From: Phallusia mammillata
Taxonomy: Eukaryota
Direction of reading: 5' to 3'
NCBI GenBank assembly: GCA_965637545.1
Contig: OZ281499.1
Location: 21,080,001-21,144,000, forward strand
DNA length: 64,000 nt
Below, in pieces: positions 12,701-27,700 of this stretch. The number at the start of each line of letters is the position of its first letter. Positions within the stretch are counted from its first letter, which is position 1. Position numbers and translations under genes: made by a program. The notes under the pieces were generated by a model that was given only the letters and a program-made list of their open reading frames with translations, did not search any database and was not told the origin of the DNA.

Positions 12701-15700
12701 AATGATTTTTAGCCCAAATTGGGTTGTAGAAGAAATTGGCCAAGTCTTTCAATACATAGATGGTTCGAATGTAGATTTTCATTAAGACAACTATTGTCTG
12801 TGTCATATTTTTAGCGTAAAATATTGTCACAACAAAACTTGTATGCGAGGTCTTGGGTGATCATTTCTGGAATAAGAAATTTACCATAAACAGAAAAGCA
12901 GTGACCACCAAAGCAGTCAGTCAAGTACTGTATACACGTGCCGATCAGATTATATTGACCAGCGGTCAACCTTGATCTGTGTGACAGGTGGACACGACCA
13001 CAATACGAGAGATAGGCTGATATCCTTGTGGGGGGTTAACCCGCGTAAAACGAGACAAAATAAACAGAATCGGTTTAGAAAATAAACAGTCACGTGACCT
13101 TAAGCGCTTTTGACTTCTTGGTCGTTCTGGAAGCTCAACCCAAAACTGGATGGGTAATAAGTTCCGGTCAAGATAAATTTGAAAAGCTTTGATCTTTGGA
13201 GCACGTATAATTTTTCAATTACTCCCCGTTTGCTACACGGGCTGGCTGCTTGATGATTGACACTTCAAATTTGCAACTTTCGGGCAAAATTTGTTTGCAA
13301 AATAAATTTACGGGAAGGCTGTTTGAGCTCCATCCAATAAAAACAAAATGACGACAAAACTTTGGCAGCTTCATGCTTGTCTTGTGGTTTATTGAACAGG
13401 GTGAAAGATTTCCCATCGGAAGTTTATCAATTAGTTGCGGCTGCCCGCACAATGACGTAACGCACCAGGTTTAACTTGAAAGAATTCGCGAGCCTCCTGT
13501 CAGCGGTTAACAAACAATTATCCTCACATAATTGAAAGTTCTGGTAGCAGTTGAAGTAAAGAGCGGATTTCGGACCGTTTGTAGCGTTTAGTAAGAGCGA
13601 AAGTAAAATCCTATTAGGCCACCGCTAATCTACGAGGGTTTACAGCATTCAAGGGTTATTGGATGAAACTTTAAAGGCAAAAATAGCAACTGCTACTGTA
13701 GAACTCGGAAAAACGCACACATCCCGAAATTTGTTTTATGACGTTATCTAGTCGCACATGAATCAGTGTGAAGAAATGACATTATTGTATAGGTGCAATA
13801 TAATGTTTAAATTCCAAACATTATCATTTTTCCATAATGTTTCACTGCATAAATATTGTTTATAAACCCGCTTAAATGGGCATTCGTCAAGATCTACAGC
13901 GGAACAACCGACTTAGTTTTGCAAACTTTGAAATAAAAACTCTTCACTCTTTAATCCAATGTGTGTTTGCGGCATTTTTGGCACCGTAAAAGCGCGGGGT
14001 AAAATACACAAAGGTTGGTTTGAAGCAAAACAGATTGACAAGTTCAAATATCAGGGGATTATGGCAAGAGGTTGCGCCATCTATACCCGCAAACTTGACA
14101 CTCTGACGCATTTTCGCGCCAAGAAATGTCTCTTTGTGCCGAATTGATGTTCAAGGGTTTTAAAAGTGAAGCTACTTGGCGAAAGACAAAACTTGCAAAG
14201 CTTGTTTGCCTCATATTTTGTACAAACTTTGGGTTTTTACTCAAACCAAAATTTGTCATGAACTCGAAATACCTTTGCAGCTCCCAATACCACCGATAGA
14301 CATGACCCAAAACAACCTTTTCGTGCCTAAAGGGTCACCGCGGTCAACCCACTTTTTAAACTGCGACCCCAAAACTAAAAGGTGGGAAGTTGAACTGATA
14401 GCTTGTTGGTGTTTTTCATCGGACACTTGACAAAAGTGCCCTGGTTCCTGCATGTCTGCATAGCACTGTGATGAACACGAGGTACTTCTGTTTGAAGGAG
14501 TGCCACAAGCCATAACTGTGACCCTATGGACGCGGTTTCGAGTCTCACGGGACAACTACAAAGCCTAACAGATGCGAGCAAAGCCCCTGGACTTGCAAGT
14601 TTAATAACCCGTCGTTCTCAAGCCGCTGTTGTCACAAAATTGCGGTTCATTGCAAAGCACTATACCATTATTTGCTTACCCTTGATAACTAAAGTATGCG
14701 GCTCTTAAAGTGAATTTTCATTTCCCTAACTAGTGTTTCAAATCTTTAAAGTATTTTCGGATGTTACCTCAAATATATGGTATTTTATCAACGTATTTTG
14801 ATTTTTCTTTAGTATGACAATATAGCAGGCAAGAAGTGAACTGCTGTAGAACAAACGGCTAAAGCTCCTACGTTTTACAAACTCAGAGTCCATAGAAAGT
14901 TACAAAGAATATACGCTGAAGCCAATCCACAAACATGATTGAATACACTTTCAATGTAGCGTTTTGATCTCAGAATATTCTGACGTGAACACTTGGATTG
15001 TGGGATGCGGTTTTTTCATTACAACTTCGACTTTACAGCAATCGGTTTGGTTTAGTGAAGATTTAAATGTAATTTTAAGATGCCTTTGTCTACAGCTTTA
15101 AACCGAAGGCGGTATTGGCATTAAGGTATAGTTTACGAGTGACAAGAGTATTAAACTATTGTTTATGGCTGGATACCAATCACTCAGACCACCCTGCGCG
15201 CCTAAAACAATGCGGTTAACTCTGTAATTTTTGTGGCCAAGCACTGAAGATTACGGAGAAAATGCGCGGTTTAAAACGTATGAGATCAAACGTACATTCT
15301 TTGCGATAAAAATAGCAAGATTCTGGTTGTCACCGCGTTGTATGCAAACCAAAAGCAATACATAAGAGTTAGAGAGTATAAAATACGCTTAAAATACAAT
15401 TTAGATAACCCAAACAAAATTTAATAGCTTTGCTTTTTATTAACGTTGAAGATTTCCAAGTAAATTAGTTAACTAGAAAGTGTGAAACGGGCGTTATATC
15501 GTACCACATACGGAAAGCTACTGAGGCCAGACGTTTACATGCCATAATCTTGACAAATCGGAAAACAAGAGATCAAATAGCAAAGTTTGTCTGCGATGTC
15601 GCGACTGTAAACACAAATTCCTAAGGAAAAAACATGTCAGGTACACAACCTGGCTTGTTTGTTAGTTTAGGGAATGAAAAGACGACAAGTTTTTTGTAAC

Positions 15701-18700
15701 TTGACACGTTTGTCCCCAGCTAGGGACGAAACATCAAAAAAGAGAAGAATCCACAAACTTGCAGCCTACAATGGGAATCTCCCTAACTTGCAACGCCGTG
15801 GCTTAGTTGAAGTTGAATTCTTTTCAATTTTTTATGGGGGGTGCTTTTTTGGAAATTAGAGCATTTCTTTGGTATACACGCAGCTAGTGTTCTAGTTGCA
15901 GCAAAGCATCGCAAAATTTCCCGACCCCAAAAAAGTATTTTAATAATTAAGAACAGACAACAGGTGGAAAGCAGGCTAAGTACGCGGCTTCGGGAAAGTT
16001 CCCATACCCCAATACGGAACACGAACGCATATCGCAAAATTAAAAAGTTGTGTATTTCGTGCCAACATCATCAGTCATCCGCAACATGATTTATCTCATC
16101 ATGTCAGACAGCGACTAGTTGGGGCCGGCTGTTGGGCGTAAAATGACTTCAGAGTTGCGGTTGCTATAAACAACAGCTTAAACCCGGTGGGTCGGTTGCC
16201 AGAGCTTGTTCCAGGCGGAAACAGGCTGCCTTAATCCCAAATATGTCCCCTCATTAATAATTCACCGACTCTTGAGGGAGTTGGTGACGAGAGTTTGAGT
16301 CACAAAGCGCCAAGAATTCCCGACTTTTCAAAATTTCATAGACATCAGATAGGAGAGGTTTAACGACAGACCAAGGCTTAATGAATATTTTATCGTGGAA
16401 ATTACGAGGTCTGGTCAGGATAAACTCCTAAAGAAACATTTGACGCCAGTTGGAGGATTCCACTTTAATGGTGAGAACTTTTATTGGCTCAGTTTGCGGT
16501 GAAATTCACACTTGGGGGCTTTACAGACAATTTACGGCCTAACATATGGAAAGCACTTCATATAACTTGGAAATTTCATATAGATTAATCAGACTTCAAA
16601 ACGATATGCTTTATGAAGTCAACATCTGAGTACCTTTAGTTGGGGCTATTTTGGTCTGCATAGTTTATAGTAAACGACTTGAACTACATTGTAATGTAAA
16701 ATCCGCAAAAAATGCCTTCAGAAATAGCCATTGGATGGTTTGTGTGATAAAGCAAAAATAATATAGCAAAATAGCAGTCAGCGTTTCGGCACGTGCGCTA
16801 CACAATAGCCGATCCAATCCCATATGCCCATAATTTGGCGCGCGACCATTGTGAAGTCATAATGTGGCTCAGGTGCGTCGCTATTGTCCGCAATTGGAAA
16901 TCGCTGGCGCAATATTTGAACGTCAAGCCGAACTCACGCAATATCAACGCTGCTATATATTATGTCAAAAATACGGGGAATTCCCTTTTTACGTGGTTTG
17001 TTGGTAAAAAGTAAACGCCTCAGTTTTACATCTTTAGGAGCGTGTGCTATGGAAATATTTGTAGTGAAGTTATGTAAAAGTCAGAGATAAGTTAATGGGC
17101 TAGCACTTCAGGCTTTAAAAGCGGTAGCAATGGGAGTTATGGCCAAGTAACAACAGCGCTATACAAACAGCAACTTTGGCTCCACCAGTTCAACTTGGCG
17201 TCCATCTATCATCGCCAGCAACTCGATTCGACCCCTAGATTACTATTCCATCTTTCACTGTACGCGCGTCAACAGTCTGTCCATTATCTGAAGCACTTTG
17301 CCGAACGGTAAGATCTTGTTCATGGATAGGAAATAGCCCGTATGCAGACACTCTGCACACCGCAGGCCAACTTGACCTGGTTTTGCAAGTAGCGATTCAC
17401 GTGTAACATTTCAAAGAGACCGATAGAACAAATCGTTTAATCTTAGTGCCAAGTTCACTCGATACCTTAACCTTGAATCATGCCTTTCAAGGTCATGTAA
17501 AGAGACTTGAGCTGATGCTACTCAATTGGTGTCAGCTAATTTTAGAGCGGCCTTGCTCGATTGCAATTCAAACTTACCCTCTCTAGCACAAATACACAGG
17601 GGGCTCAATCGTAACCAGAATTTAACCCCTAGGGGTCAAGCCAATAAAATACGACACCCAGTTTCCGCCCAACCCCAATCGCCCCATCGCGAATCGTGGC
17701 GCCAACGAGTTACGTCAAATGACTGGAGACGAATTTGGTTTCGAAAAAAGGGTAATCACCTTGCAAGTAATCGATCATCAAATCGATATGTCACTTGGCG
17801 TCAATTCGCGGCGTTTGCATACTGAACAAGTCGCGTCGATGTCCGGTTCAAGACAAGTGAATCAGGTCAAAAGTTTGTTGCCGAGGACAACACCACCGGT
17901 CTTCCGCAAGCAAGTAACGCCGATTGTCGCTAAAGTGTTGCAACAAACGGTTTCATTTCCCGACGGTGCTTGCTGCTTATGATTCACGGAAAACAGGGTA
18001 GGGTTTCCACGTTCACAGGAAACTCACGGTTTTCTGTTTCCCTTCGTTGAAAGTTCTAGAAACGGGGCGATGACTCGACTGCGAAATCAGCAGGTCCTGA
18101 TCAAATCAGAATTCTACAGACTTATCCTGCCTTTCTTGCAGGTGCGAAGGCCAGAAAAGTGTATGCCTTTTTGTAAATTGTTTAAAACAGGCGCGCGTTG
18201 ACAAATTCACTCCCTCCGCTATTCAATTATGCATCAGAGCGATTCGCAGATGGATTGCGATGAAAATGTTGCGGTTTTAAACCGACAAGATATGAACTCC
18301 GATTAATCTAGATTCGCTTTCCGCCGAGATAAAATAGAGATTGCATAAATAGAGGTTTACACTGCGGTTCAAAGCACATGATTTTCTTAGAAACAGAAGT
18401 CCAGACTTAAATTTGCATTTTAGAGACATTATATAAACAATAATTAATTATTCCTATGGTCTTATAAACTCTAATAAATGGAAATTCAATTTATCCAAAT
18501 TGCCTAGGTTTTAAAATACAATTCAAACATATTTTTTAATGTACGATGATTAAGTTTCCCAAAAGAGTTCAACACTTCATTGGATCACAGTCACAGCGTT
18601 TCAAGTTGAAAGCCTTAACAACAGATGAGATATAAAGAGTCAACTTCATAAGCTTGGCGGTTGCACGATCAGAACTGAATCTCAGGGGAGCAATTGCGGC

Positions 18701-21700
18701 CAAGATCGTTGCTCAAAGGTGCTAAATGGTTTGCAGTACGCGTTCCATGAATTGCAAAGCGGAATTTAAACACCAATTTAGGACAAGATGGAGTTTTGAA
18801 GACGGTAAAAGTGATTATTACTCCATTGGTCACTTCACTATGGTTTAATTTTACCTTGTCTTTTTTTTACCTTGATCAAATCACAAAAGAGCATCATAAG
18901 CGTTTTGTAGCGACAAAGAATAAGACCATTTGAACCTTGGGGCCTTCATAAGCAATCCAATTATTCACAAAATGACCGCTACTTTGCTTGAAGAGCGTTT
19001 GCCACAACACAACAATCACAGTTGTTAGAAAAGAGGCGAGAGGAAGCCAAAACACCTGGACAAGCAGTTTCCACTCAAATCCTTACAAAAATATTGTTGC
19101 TTGGCGAAAAGGGAAACGTCGATTTGGCCTGACACAAAGAACGAGCCAGCTTACGGGATATTGTGTCGCTGGAAATAAAGGAAATTTAGGGCGGGGTTAG
19201 CGACAGATCAAAAGAGCCACGAGACATTCGCATCCTTTTAACCGGGTACGTAAGGCTGGTGACAATGTTTGCGTGTTAGCGGGTGAAAGAACTGGAATTA
19301 GGGGGCTGTTTGGGAACAAATAACCACCCAGGTTTAGGGGCTGTGCGTAAACAACAAAACCGGTTTCCAAAAGTTAAAACTTCCTGCTTTTATATCTCAA
19401 ATAGGACATTATAGGTACATAAAAAAAAAACTAAATCTAAATTAAAGTTGGTTTTACAGTAAAATTCATTTTCGCAAACTTTTAAACAATCCTGTTTCGT
19501 TTGGCTTGATGAAACCAAGTTGTAATCTCGGTAAACACTGTTTTTTTCATCTAAATACGGTTTGGAAATTGGTCAGCATCTTTATTGTACAACTTCACGT
19601 GCAAATTTTATACCTAACCCAACTCGGTACAGAACGAACACCAATCGCACTTTTTCAGTTGAATAAACATGTAATGAGGCAATCCTTTGCTGTGAAACCG
19701 ATCCCAACCTACCCCAAACTCTACGACCCCAAAACCCCAAGAGCTTAATTCGACGAACAGCGGTTTTGTGCTACTATATTTACGATAAAGCAGTCACGGA
19801 ACTTTCACTTGCGCTCATGTGAAACAAAACACGTCGATCTATCGTCAATGTTACGAAACCGGGGAACTGTTACATGTTGTTATGGGGGCGGGAACCCACT
19901 TCAGGTAGCCGAAAACTGGGGCCAGGGGGCGTGGGACCCAGGGTTTGGGATTTTTTTCTGATTAAGATGCCGCTTTAAACATTTTGTGCATAGTAAAATT
20001 GGTTTATGCTTTTAAAAGGTCCAGTAACTTTAATTTTGTGTAATGTATGTGCAAAAGAAAAGGTATTTCTTAAAGCGAACTATCAGACAACCACTAAAAA
20101 CCGTTAAATACTTCAATGGCGATTTTCAGCAAGTGCAAAATTTCGATTTTACAAACCCCAGGCTTTTATCGCGGCCGAATGATAAGACAAGTCAGTTTGG
20201 ATCAAAAACCCAGTAACTCTGGATTGATTGTAAGGTCGGAAAATCTGCGCTTCGTCGGCCACGGTCTGACATCCTTAATCCCGCCAAATCCCCCTGTCTA
20301 CACCGACCCGACAAATACAAAGAAGAATAAAAATTTACGAGCTGGTAACAGTCCCCTCACGTCGCCAAGGGGATTAATACTTGGATAATTTGTGACAAGG
20401 TGACATATGGGGTAGCGGTGTAACAAAACGATTGCAGAGATATAACTTACAAAGCTTGGAAACTTCACATAAGCCAGACCACTCAAGTTATTCTTATCAG
20501 CAGTCCAATTAGACAGTTTAATGAACATTTTACATCATTCTTTTTATTGACTTGACCAAACGACCCTAAATGTAACGATTTTGTGTGGCCAGCCTGGCGC
20601 CCAAACGGTGTCCATTTCGTGAAATCGGGGCAAATGACCGGACCACTCGCCAGGCGGGCGGTCACGCGTGGCTGCAAACATTCATATAACGTCGGCATGC
20701 CTTTATGATGTCACAGAGGATATTTCGTGCATGAATGCACTGGATAAGCGAGATGCATCACCTGGTGGCTGTTACGGGGCTATAATGGTTTCAGGGGTAT
20801 AATAATGGTTTTGAGTTAACGTAAACGCTCCAAGAGTTTGCTATTCTGTACGTAAGCTGTTGTTGACATCACAGGTGATCAGGATGCAGTACAGCTTTCA
20901 GGTGCACCGTTAAAGTGTCGTTTAAGCGGTGATTTAAGTTTAACCCCACGATGACATGTAAGCACGGCCAATTAGGAACATTTTCCGTTTCAGTAACTTG
21001 ACAGGCGGGAACGCTATTCGCCAGAAACACGGCAAAAATGTGCTTATGTGGCAAAATTGTACGATTGGCGGCTTTGCTTTCGAAATAAACAGATCTTAAG
21101 CAAGTACTTTAAACATAACAACTGACAATTTGGGTAATCCCCGGGTAGAAATGTAAAATTCACATGGCTCATTGACTAAAAAACAAAATTTCTTTGGCAT
21201 GTGGTAAAGGAAAATTGCATAACAAAGACAAAAGCATGTATTCAACACTTCCATTTGCTACACGTTAAGTCTTCGTAGGCATTTCGGTCAGTAACAGCCA
21301 CTACGGGTTATGACGTCATCGCGGTTGATGATCAGGGAAAGTGGGGGAGAATCGTTTGATGGAAAATGCAGCTGTACGCGTCGGCCCAGGGGTCAACCGC
21401 TATCATTGTGATGTCATAATCATCAAACGCGAACTAAACTCAAAGGGCGTGTGCAGTCAAAGACAGTTTTCAAACGGTTTGTTTGCACACTAGGGTCAAC
21501 GCGGTGGCAATATGGCAACATTATGAGTTAAGCGGCCTTTCCTAAGCACAAGTGTTCAATTATCTATGTAATAATTGGTATTTCATGCTGCGGTCGTTTA
21601 TTACCAAGCGCAGTGCTGCTTAAGGTCACGTGATGTTTGCAAGCCAATTTGCGCTTAGGTCACGTGACATCGGTTAGGGGGAGTATGAAACGGACTTGAC

Positions 21701-24700
21701 AAAATGCCAAAAGTTTGTTGCTTTCACTACTGCCTAGATGTTGTTAATGAAAAAGTGGATTTTGTAAAACCCTTTGGGAAATAACAGGAACAAAACAAAT
21801 TTAATTTTCGAGTCTTTCGGTCAAATCGAAACACAATAAAAATGCCGTTATTTATTTAGCGTAAAACTTGTTACGTAACGAGTTTGTCGCACAAAACCTG
21901 TAGTCAGTACCACTGCAGACCAAACATTACTTTATTCCCAAGCGGCATGATCAGCGACCGTTAATGATAATTGTCTTTATGGCAACGGATCAAAGATCAC
22001 AGCGATAATAACGCCTGAGCTTCGAATACACGCTTCGAAAGCCTGGACAAAATGCAAGAGAAAACTGGATAACCGAGCAATTGTTGCAGCTGGTTTAAAC
22101 CGGTTTAAACCGGAATTTTGTTGAAATACAAGGTGAGATAATGGACTGACCGATCAAAGACTCTTGAACTGTCTGGATTACCCGATAAGCTTAAACATAT
22201 CGTGTTAACGAGATGGGGTCTGATTTGGGTGGGGTTTGGGGTTTCAAAGGGTTAGAGGGCGGAGGCTGATTGAGGTTGATGCTTGTGATTAGGTGTTCAA
22301 ATTAAAAGGGTACGAGAGGCGAAAAAAATGATGAAAAAGCGGTGGAACTATAGCGTAGGAACAACTTCATCAGCCAATCAAATTGTGGTACTGATCTAAA
22401 ACATCCTGTTTGCGTCACTACAAAAAGGGGGTTCCCCACACGTCAACACACTCAGATGTCAATCAAATCTGACGTGTTTATGCGGGGCGAGTTGATAGGT
22501 GGCCGGTCCTTTTCCACAAACAGGTTCTAATCAGGCTAATCCCGCCCGAATGCGCTTCTCCGTCGCTAAGAATGCCCACAAACACACGGAACCAGTCGAA
22601 ACAAAACCACGTCGTCGTCTATTCAATGCTGCCCCCGACGAAATGGAATTTGTTTACAAGAGCTGGTAACACCTGTGTTGATAAGATGCCACGATGTGTG
22701 TGTGTGTATGTGTTTGATTGTTGGTTTGCGTTTCTTTTGTTTCTGTTGCAATTTTAGTGTTTACTAATGGGACGGATTAACGATAAGCAACTTGACTCAA
22801 CGATACTTTTAGGGGGATGGTTTTAACTTTTAAATGTAAAAAGACTTATTCTGTGTCGTTCACGTTTGACACATATTGTACACAAAATCTAATACTTTGA
22901 GTTCAATTTATTGTTTCTACTTAACAAAAACTTTTCTCTTTTTTATTTTTTTAAATGAAACAAAATGCATTAGTTCTTTAAAGTCATGACCTAAACTAAA
23001 GGGAGGTCCAAGTCATAGCAAAAGGGTCCATAAATTCTCACGCAACTGTCGCCTTACGTTTTTCTATTTACAAACAACGATTATGTGCTGGCTTCTCGCG
23101 ACGGTGTCGTAAAATCGGAACACCCAATTTCAGTCTTTCCGTTCTGCATTTGCACCCGCGGTGGGACGTCGGTTATTGACGAGCAAAACACAAAGGCTTG
23201 CTAATTGCTCCAACCGTCGTAAATTGAAACACGGAACAGTTTCTAAGCTATCTCGTCGGGAGATCTCAAAATGTCATCACGAACACCTGATACTGTTCGG
23301 CAACCGGTCAGATATCTTCGCCGACCCTCTGACCGGCCATTGTGCCCACAATCGGGTCCAATTACACCGCGAGACGGATTGATTTGTCTTTTGTGGCTTA
23401 CGGAAGCGAAAGTTGAATTGTAGGTGAATAAACAACTGTGGGGGAGGGCAAAGATCCAGCTTGTTGCCGGCCCATTCGACATGTACCTGGACAAAATGCA
23501 CCTGTTCCTAAAATACAAGGTGTTCCAGGGTCGTCTTGTGGTTTAACAAAACTTTAATGAATTGTGTTTGAAATATTGGGGGACAAAACGCTATGCCACA
23601 CTAACGCCTAAAACCCATAAACAACCGAATTTAACCACCCGATAGTATAAAAGATAATGTGCTTCACAGGTAAAACAAAGGTTGAGATTGATTAGGAACA
23701 AAATTGCCTTGGGAATAACACATCGTAATCCTTTGTAATTGTGCTAATAGATCTGATGTCTAAGGGCATTTCTCTTACTTGAGTTTCAAGTTTGCGCCTG
23801 GTGCATCAAGCAATGTTAACAAGTATGCCGTTTGTACAACACTATACCAAGGAAACCTGTTCAAATCACAAGTTGTTCACCTTTTGTACAATTCGCCGTG
23901 CAAGCATTATCTCGCGGACAAGTGACAGACGACCACCAGCGAATCCACTACATCAACGTCGCCAAACTGAAACAATTACGCCGAAACTTTGATCGCCAGC
24001 AAATCCTACACGAGTGGTCGAGTTTCAATTGAGCGGACAAGAGGGGTGCTTGAGGGGATTTCAGATCTAGGTCACGTGATTGGGGCTCGGCAACGAATGC
24101 CGGCTTTAAACTGTTTACTAAGAAATCAACTTTAGTTGAAATGGCAATGTCTTATTTGTACGAAGCAAAGATAGAAAGTGAAAACCCAATTTGTAAAGAA
24201 TTTTAAAATATTTAACTTGAAAGGCAACTTTTCACATTTAAATAATCTACCAAAACCTCAAACACTATGTCCATTTGTGGCAAAGGAAAATAAGTAGGCC
24301 TTTGTTAATGTCTTTTGAATATTAGTTGATCAACTTTTGTAGCCTACAAATTCATTTTGATAAGTTTCATACGACAAGGTCTTCCGAGGTCGCGCAAACT
24401 CAATAGGTAAACTTGCGGTTAATTGAATAGCTTTTGCCGCAATACTGCGCATGTGTTTACTGCGCCAAGCACCGTACAGCAAGATCGAAGGTTTTCTGGC
24501 TGTCTTTGCGGTGTTGTGTCGGAAGAAGATCAAGATAGCTATCAGTGCTAGAAAAACCGCTGACTCTCAGATCAAGATAATGCAGTCGCCAACACTAAAA
24601 GGCAATCTCTCAAGTAAATGGTTTTTGCCGCGCCTTAAAAAGATTGGATCTCCTGCCTTATGTTGCAGCGATAAAACGATATACTTCAAGCAAGGGTACG

Positions 24701-27700
24701 AATTGTCAAAACATGGATCTAAACGTCCACCAAATGAAGTGCACAGACCTACTGTTACTCAGTAAATGATTAAATGCACACCTCAACAAATAATCAAGAA
24801 ATATTTGGCTCTACTCTTACAAATATGTTATGAGTCTTCAAGGACGCCAGACCGCCAGCGATTTGAAACAGTTAAAGTGCTTTAAACTGCAGAAAGATGT
24901 CGCCACTAAGTCCGAGGCTTAATTGAGCAAACAACCGCTATGCACTGTTAAATTTACCGTAAGAAAAGCGAAAGTAGCAGATTCCCTACTCGTGGGAAAA
25001 CTCCATTAAGCGGAACCGAATGCGGAAAGCATTTCCGGGTTGTCTTTTGACAGCCGGCGACGCGAAGCGACAGGGGCACCCGCAACAGAACTGGGGCGTA
25101 TTGGGGGCGACGATGGTGTAAACAAGGGTGAATTACCGAAACAAGGAAACTGTGGAAGCAATTGGGTAAGGAAAAAGTTCATGATTTAGAGGTAAATTGG
25201 ACATGATTTTCGGGGTATATATTTAAGAGTGAATTTGACATGATTATCACAAAAACATTTTTTGGCATAAGGTATCAGAGTGTTAAAAATTTTCTTCGCA
25301 AAAGCCGTTAAGGGGTGAAGTAAACTACCAAGAAGAATGTGTATTTTAGTAAGGGTTACTGTGGACCGGAGGTGTGATATTTTCGTAAATTGACAAGTTG
25401 CAAGATTTTATCTTTAGAACGTTATATGGAAACGCCTCGTTACAGGGCTCACGAACGCAGTAAAATCAAAGGCTGAATGCCAGATGAAAGATTCCAGTCG
25501 TTGAAATCTGATAGGACATGTTTTGAAAGTTTACGGTGTATCTTGTTTCACAACCTCAATGGTGTGTGATATAAATTTTGTATAATTCCTATGCGACCTA
25601 TTACAGAAAATCACGCAAAATAAATAAGAACCACATAACGGAAATAACTTACAAAACTACCCACTTAACGTGGTTAAACACGGAATATCCCTACACAATA
25701 CAATACAAAAGGTCAATTTCAAACAGGTAATTGAAGCGTATATAGCTACTGCCAACGTAAGGGAATGTAGAAGTGCAATACAAATTCTTGGGTCAAGGCA
25801 AAGATGTAACTTCATTTCCTAACACCTTGACAGTATAAAGCCTTACTCCGCGGAAAAACACTTTACCTGAAGTGGTGACGCTAGGTCGATAGGCAAGTGA
25901 CAATGCATTAGGTAAGTAGGCTGGTTCTTAGATTCGATAGATCGCAAGTACTGCAAAACTTTTAGCGTGAAGCAAACAATGTAAGCAGAAGCGACCATCT
26001 CGAAAGGGCAAGGCGGTGTGGTCCTTTGATGACGTAACAAACGGCGTACGCGCGAAGAGACGTTGACAAATAGAACTTTAATCACCAATTGTTGTAGGGG
26101 CATTGTTCCGACGTAGGTTAGGTGCGTACAAATGGCAGGGTTCGAGCGTTTGATGGTCGTAGTGTGTACGACGTTATTGAACAAAGTAATTCGCGGCTTT
26201 TTGCGTAAGGTCTATTATGCTTCACCGCAACGTTGGAATAATATTTGGTTTTGATAGTGACAGGTAGTATCTTATTGTGTGCTTGTACGTTCATAAATGC
26301 CAGTAACTACGTGTCGGATAGTTATACTCACAAAACGCGCATATTAAACACCTTGACGTCCGTTTCACAGAAAGCTCGTTTGATTGGTGCCAAGAGAATT
26401 TTATGTCAAATACCAAACGCGTTATAGTTTCATCCAGCAAGTCAAAAACCTAATTGACACACAAGGGTAAGTCTCAAACCTCAACAGCCACGAGAGCCAG
26501 AAAAAATACATTCACATATAAACACTTAGTTTCTACCCTTAGCTTCTGACAAACACATTAACCCCGATCCATCAACGTCTTTTACAACAAAAGAATCGTA
26601 TTCCAGTGGCACCAGAGACCAGTTGCACAACAATCGCTGACAAACATATCCGTATACTTGTGTAGTTCGCTGATGGGTGGGTTTTAAATTACGTGTATTG
26701 GGTGGGATTAGATTTTTTAGCGGAAGCAACGGAATTCGTTATTTGATATGTCGTGATTTAAAAATACGAAAGAAAAGTCTTCATAGTCAAACAACAAGAT
26801 GAGATTGTAGTAGATTGTGCAAACTATCGCTTTGGAAAACATGCACTAAATATCAAAGATTTCATTTAGAAATTTCCTGCTAGTCACTAAGGTGGTAGTA
26901 GTATGGACGATGCCCAACTGAAATAGTAGGAGCGCAAACTTCCACAAAAAGACATAAACTCTCATACCTTTAGGTCCAGGTGGGCAAGTACAAGCTGATG
27001 CTGATCTTTTTAGTCTGAAGTTCACTGGTGCTGTTTCCACATTATCCTGTAAAATAAATTGGTGGTTGAAACATAAAGACGAGTCGAATAAAACACCGTA
27101 ACGATATCTCATGGATTGGATACTAAACACTGAAAAATGGCAAGATTTGCAATTTCTTGAAATTAAATGGAGAACCGTATACTGGATGTTGTTAAATTAT
27201 GCCCTAATATATAAAGGCCTTCGCACTGGGATGCCACAATTTCTCAGCATCAGGCTTTTAAGTCATCGGACAATAAAATCTAAAATTAGTCGACATTCAG
27301 ACCACCTGGGTGATATAGACGTTGGACGTAGGATAAAGGCGTCACCTAAGACAGCGACAAAATGTAAAGAATTCAAGAACAGACGGTACTGAACTCGTCT
27401 ACGCATTATGCGAGCTGGTGAAGTGGAAAGACAGGCGTAAATTTAATGATTCATCTATACATTGAACACCTTGATATTGGCATCGACGGCGCGTCAAGGT
27501 TTAGGTCTTTGCCGCAGCATGACAGACACAAGGAAGATCTGATAGCCATACTCCGTGGCAGATTAATTCCAGACGTCTGCTATCAATGACTTACGCCAAT
27601 TATAGGTAAGAGATAAAAAGTGGAGAAATCTTTTATCATCGAAAAACATTTTGCTCACCGACATTCCAGTGGGAATTAACATAAAATTCACATGACTTTT

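Noticed and set aside
10435-26967. Nested protein-coding gene in intron 2 (many 60-113 aa ORFs)
   Set aside because: No recognisable domains, mostly non-ATG starts, and no consistent exon chain. The pattern fits motif-rich non-coding DNA.
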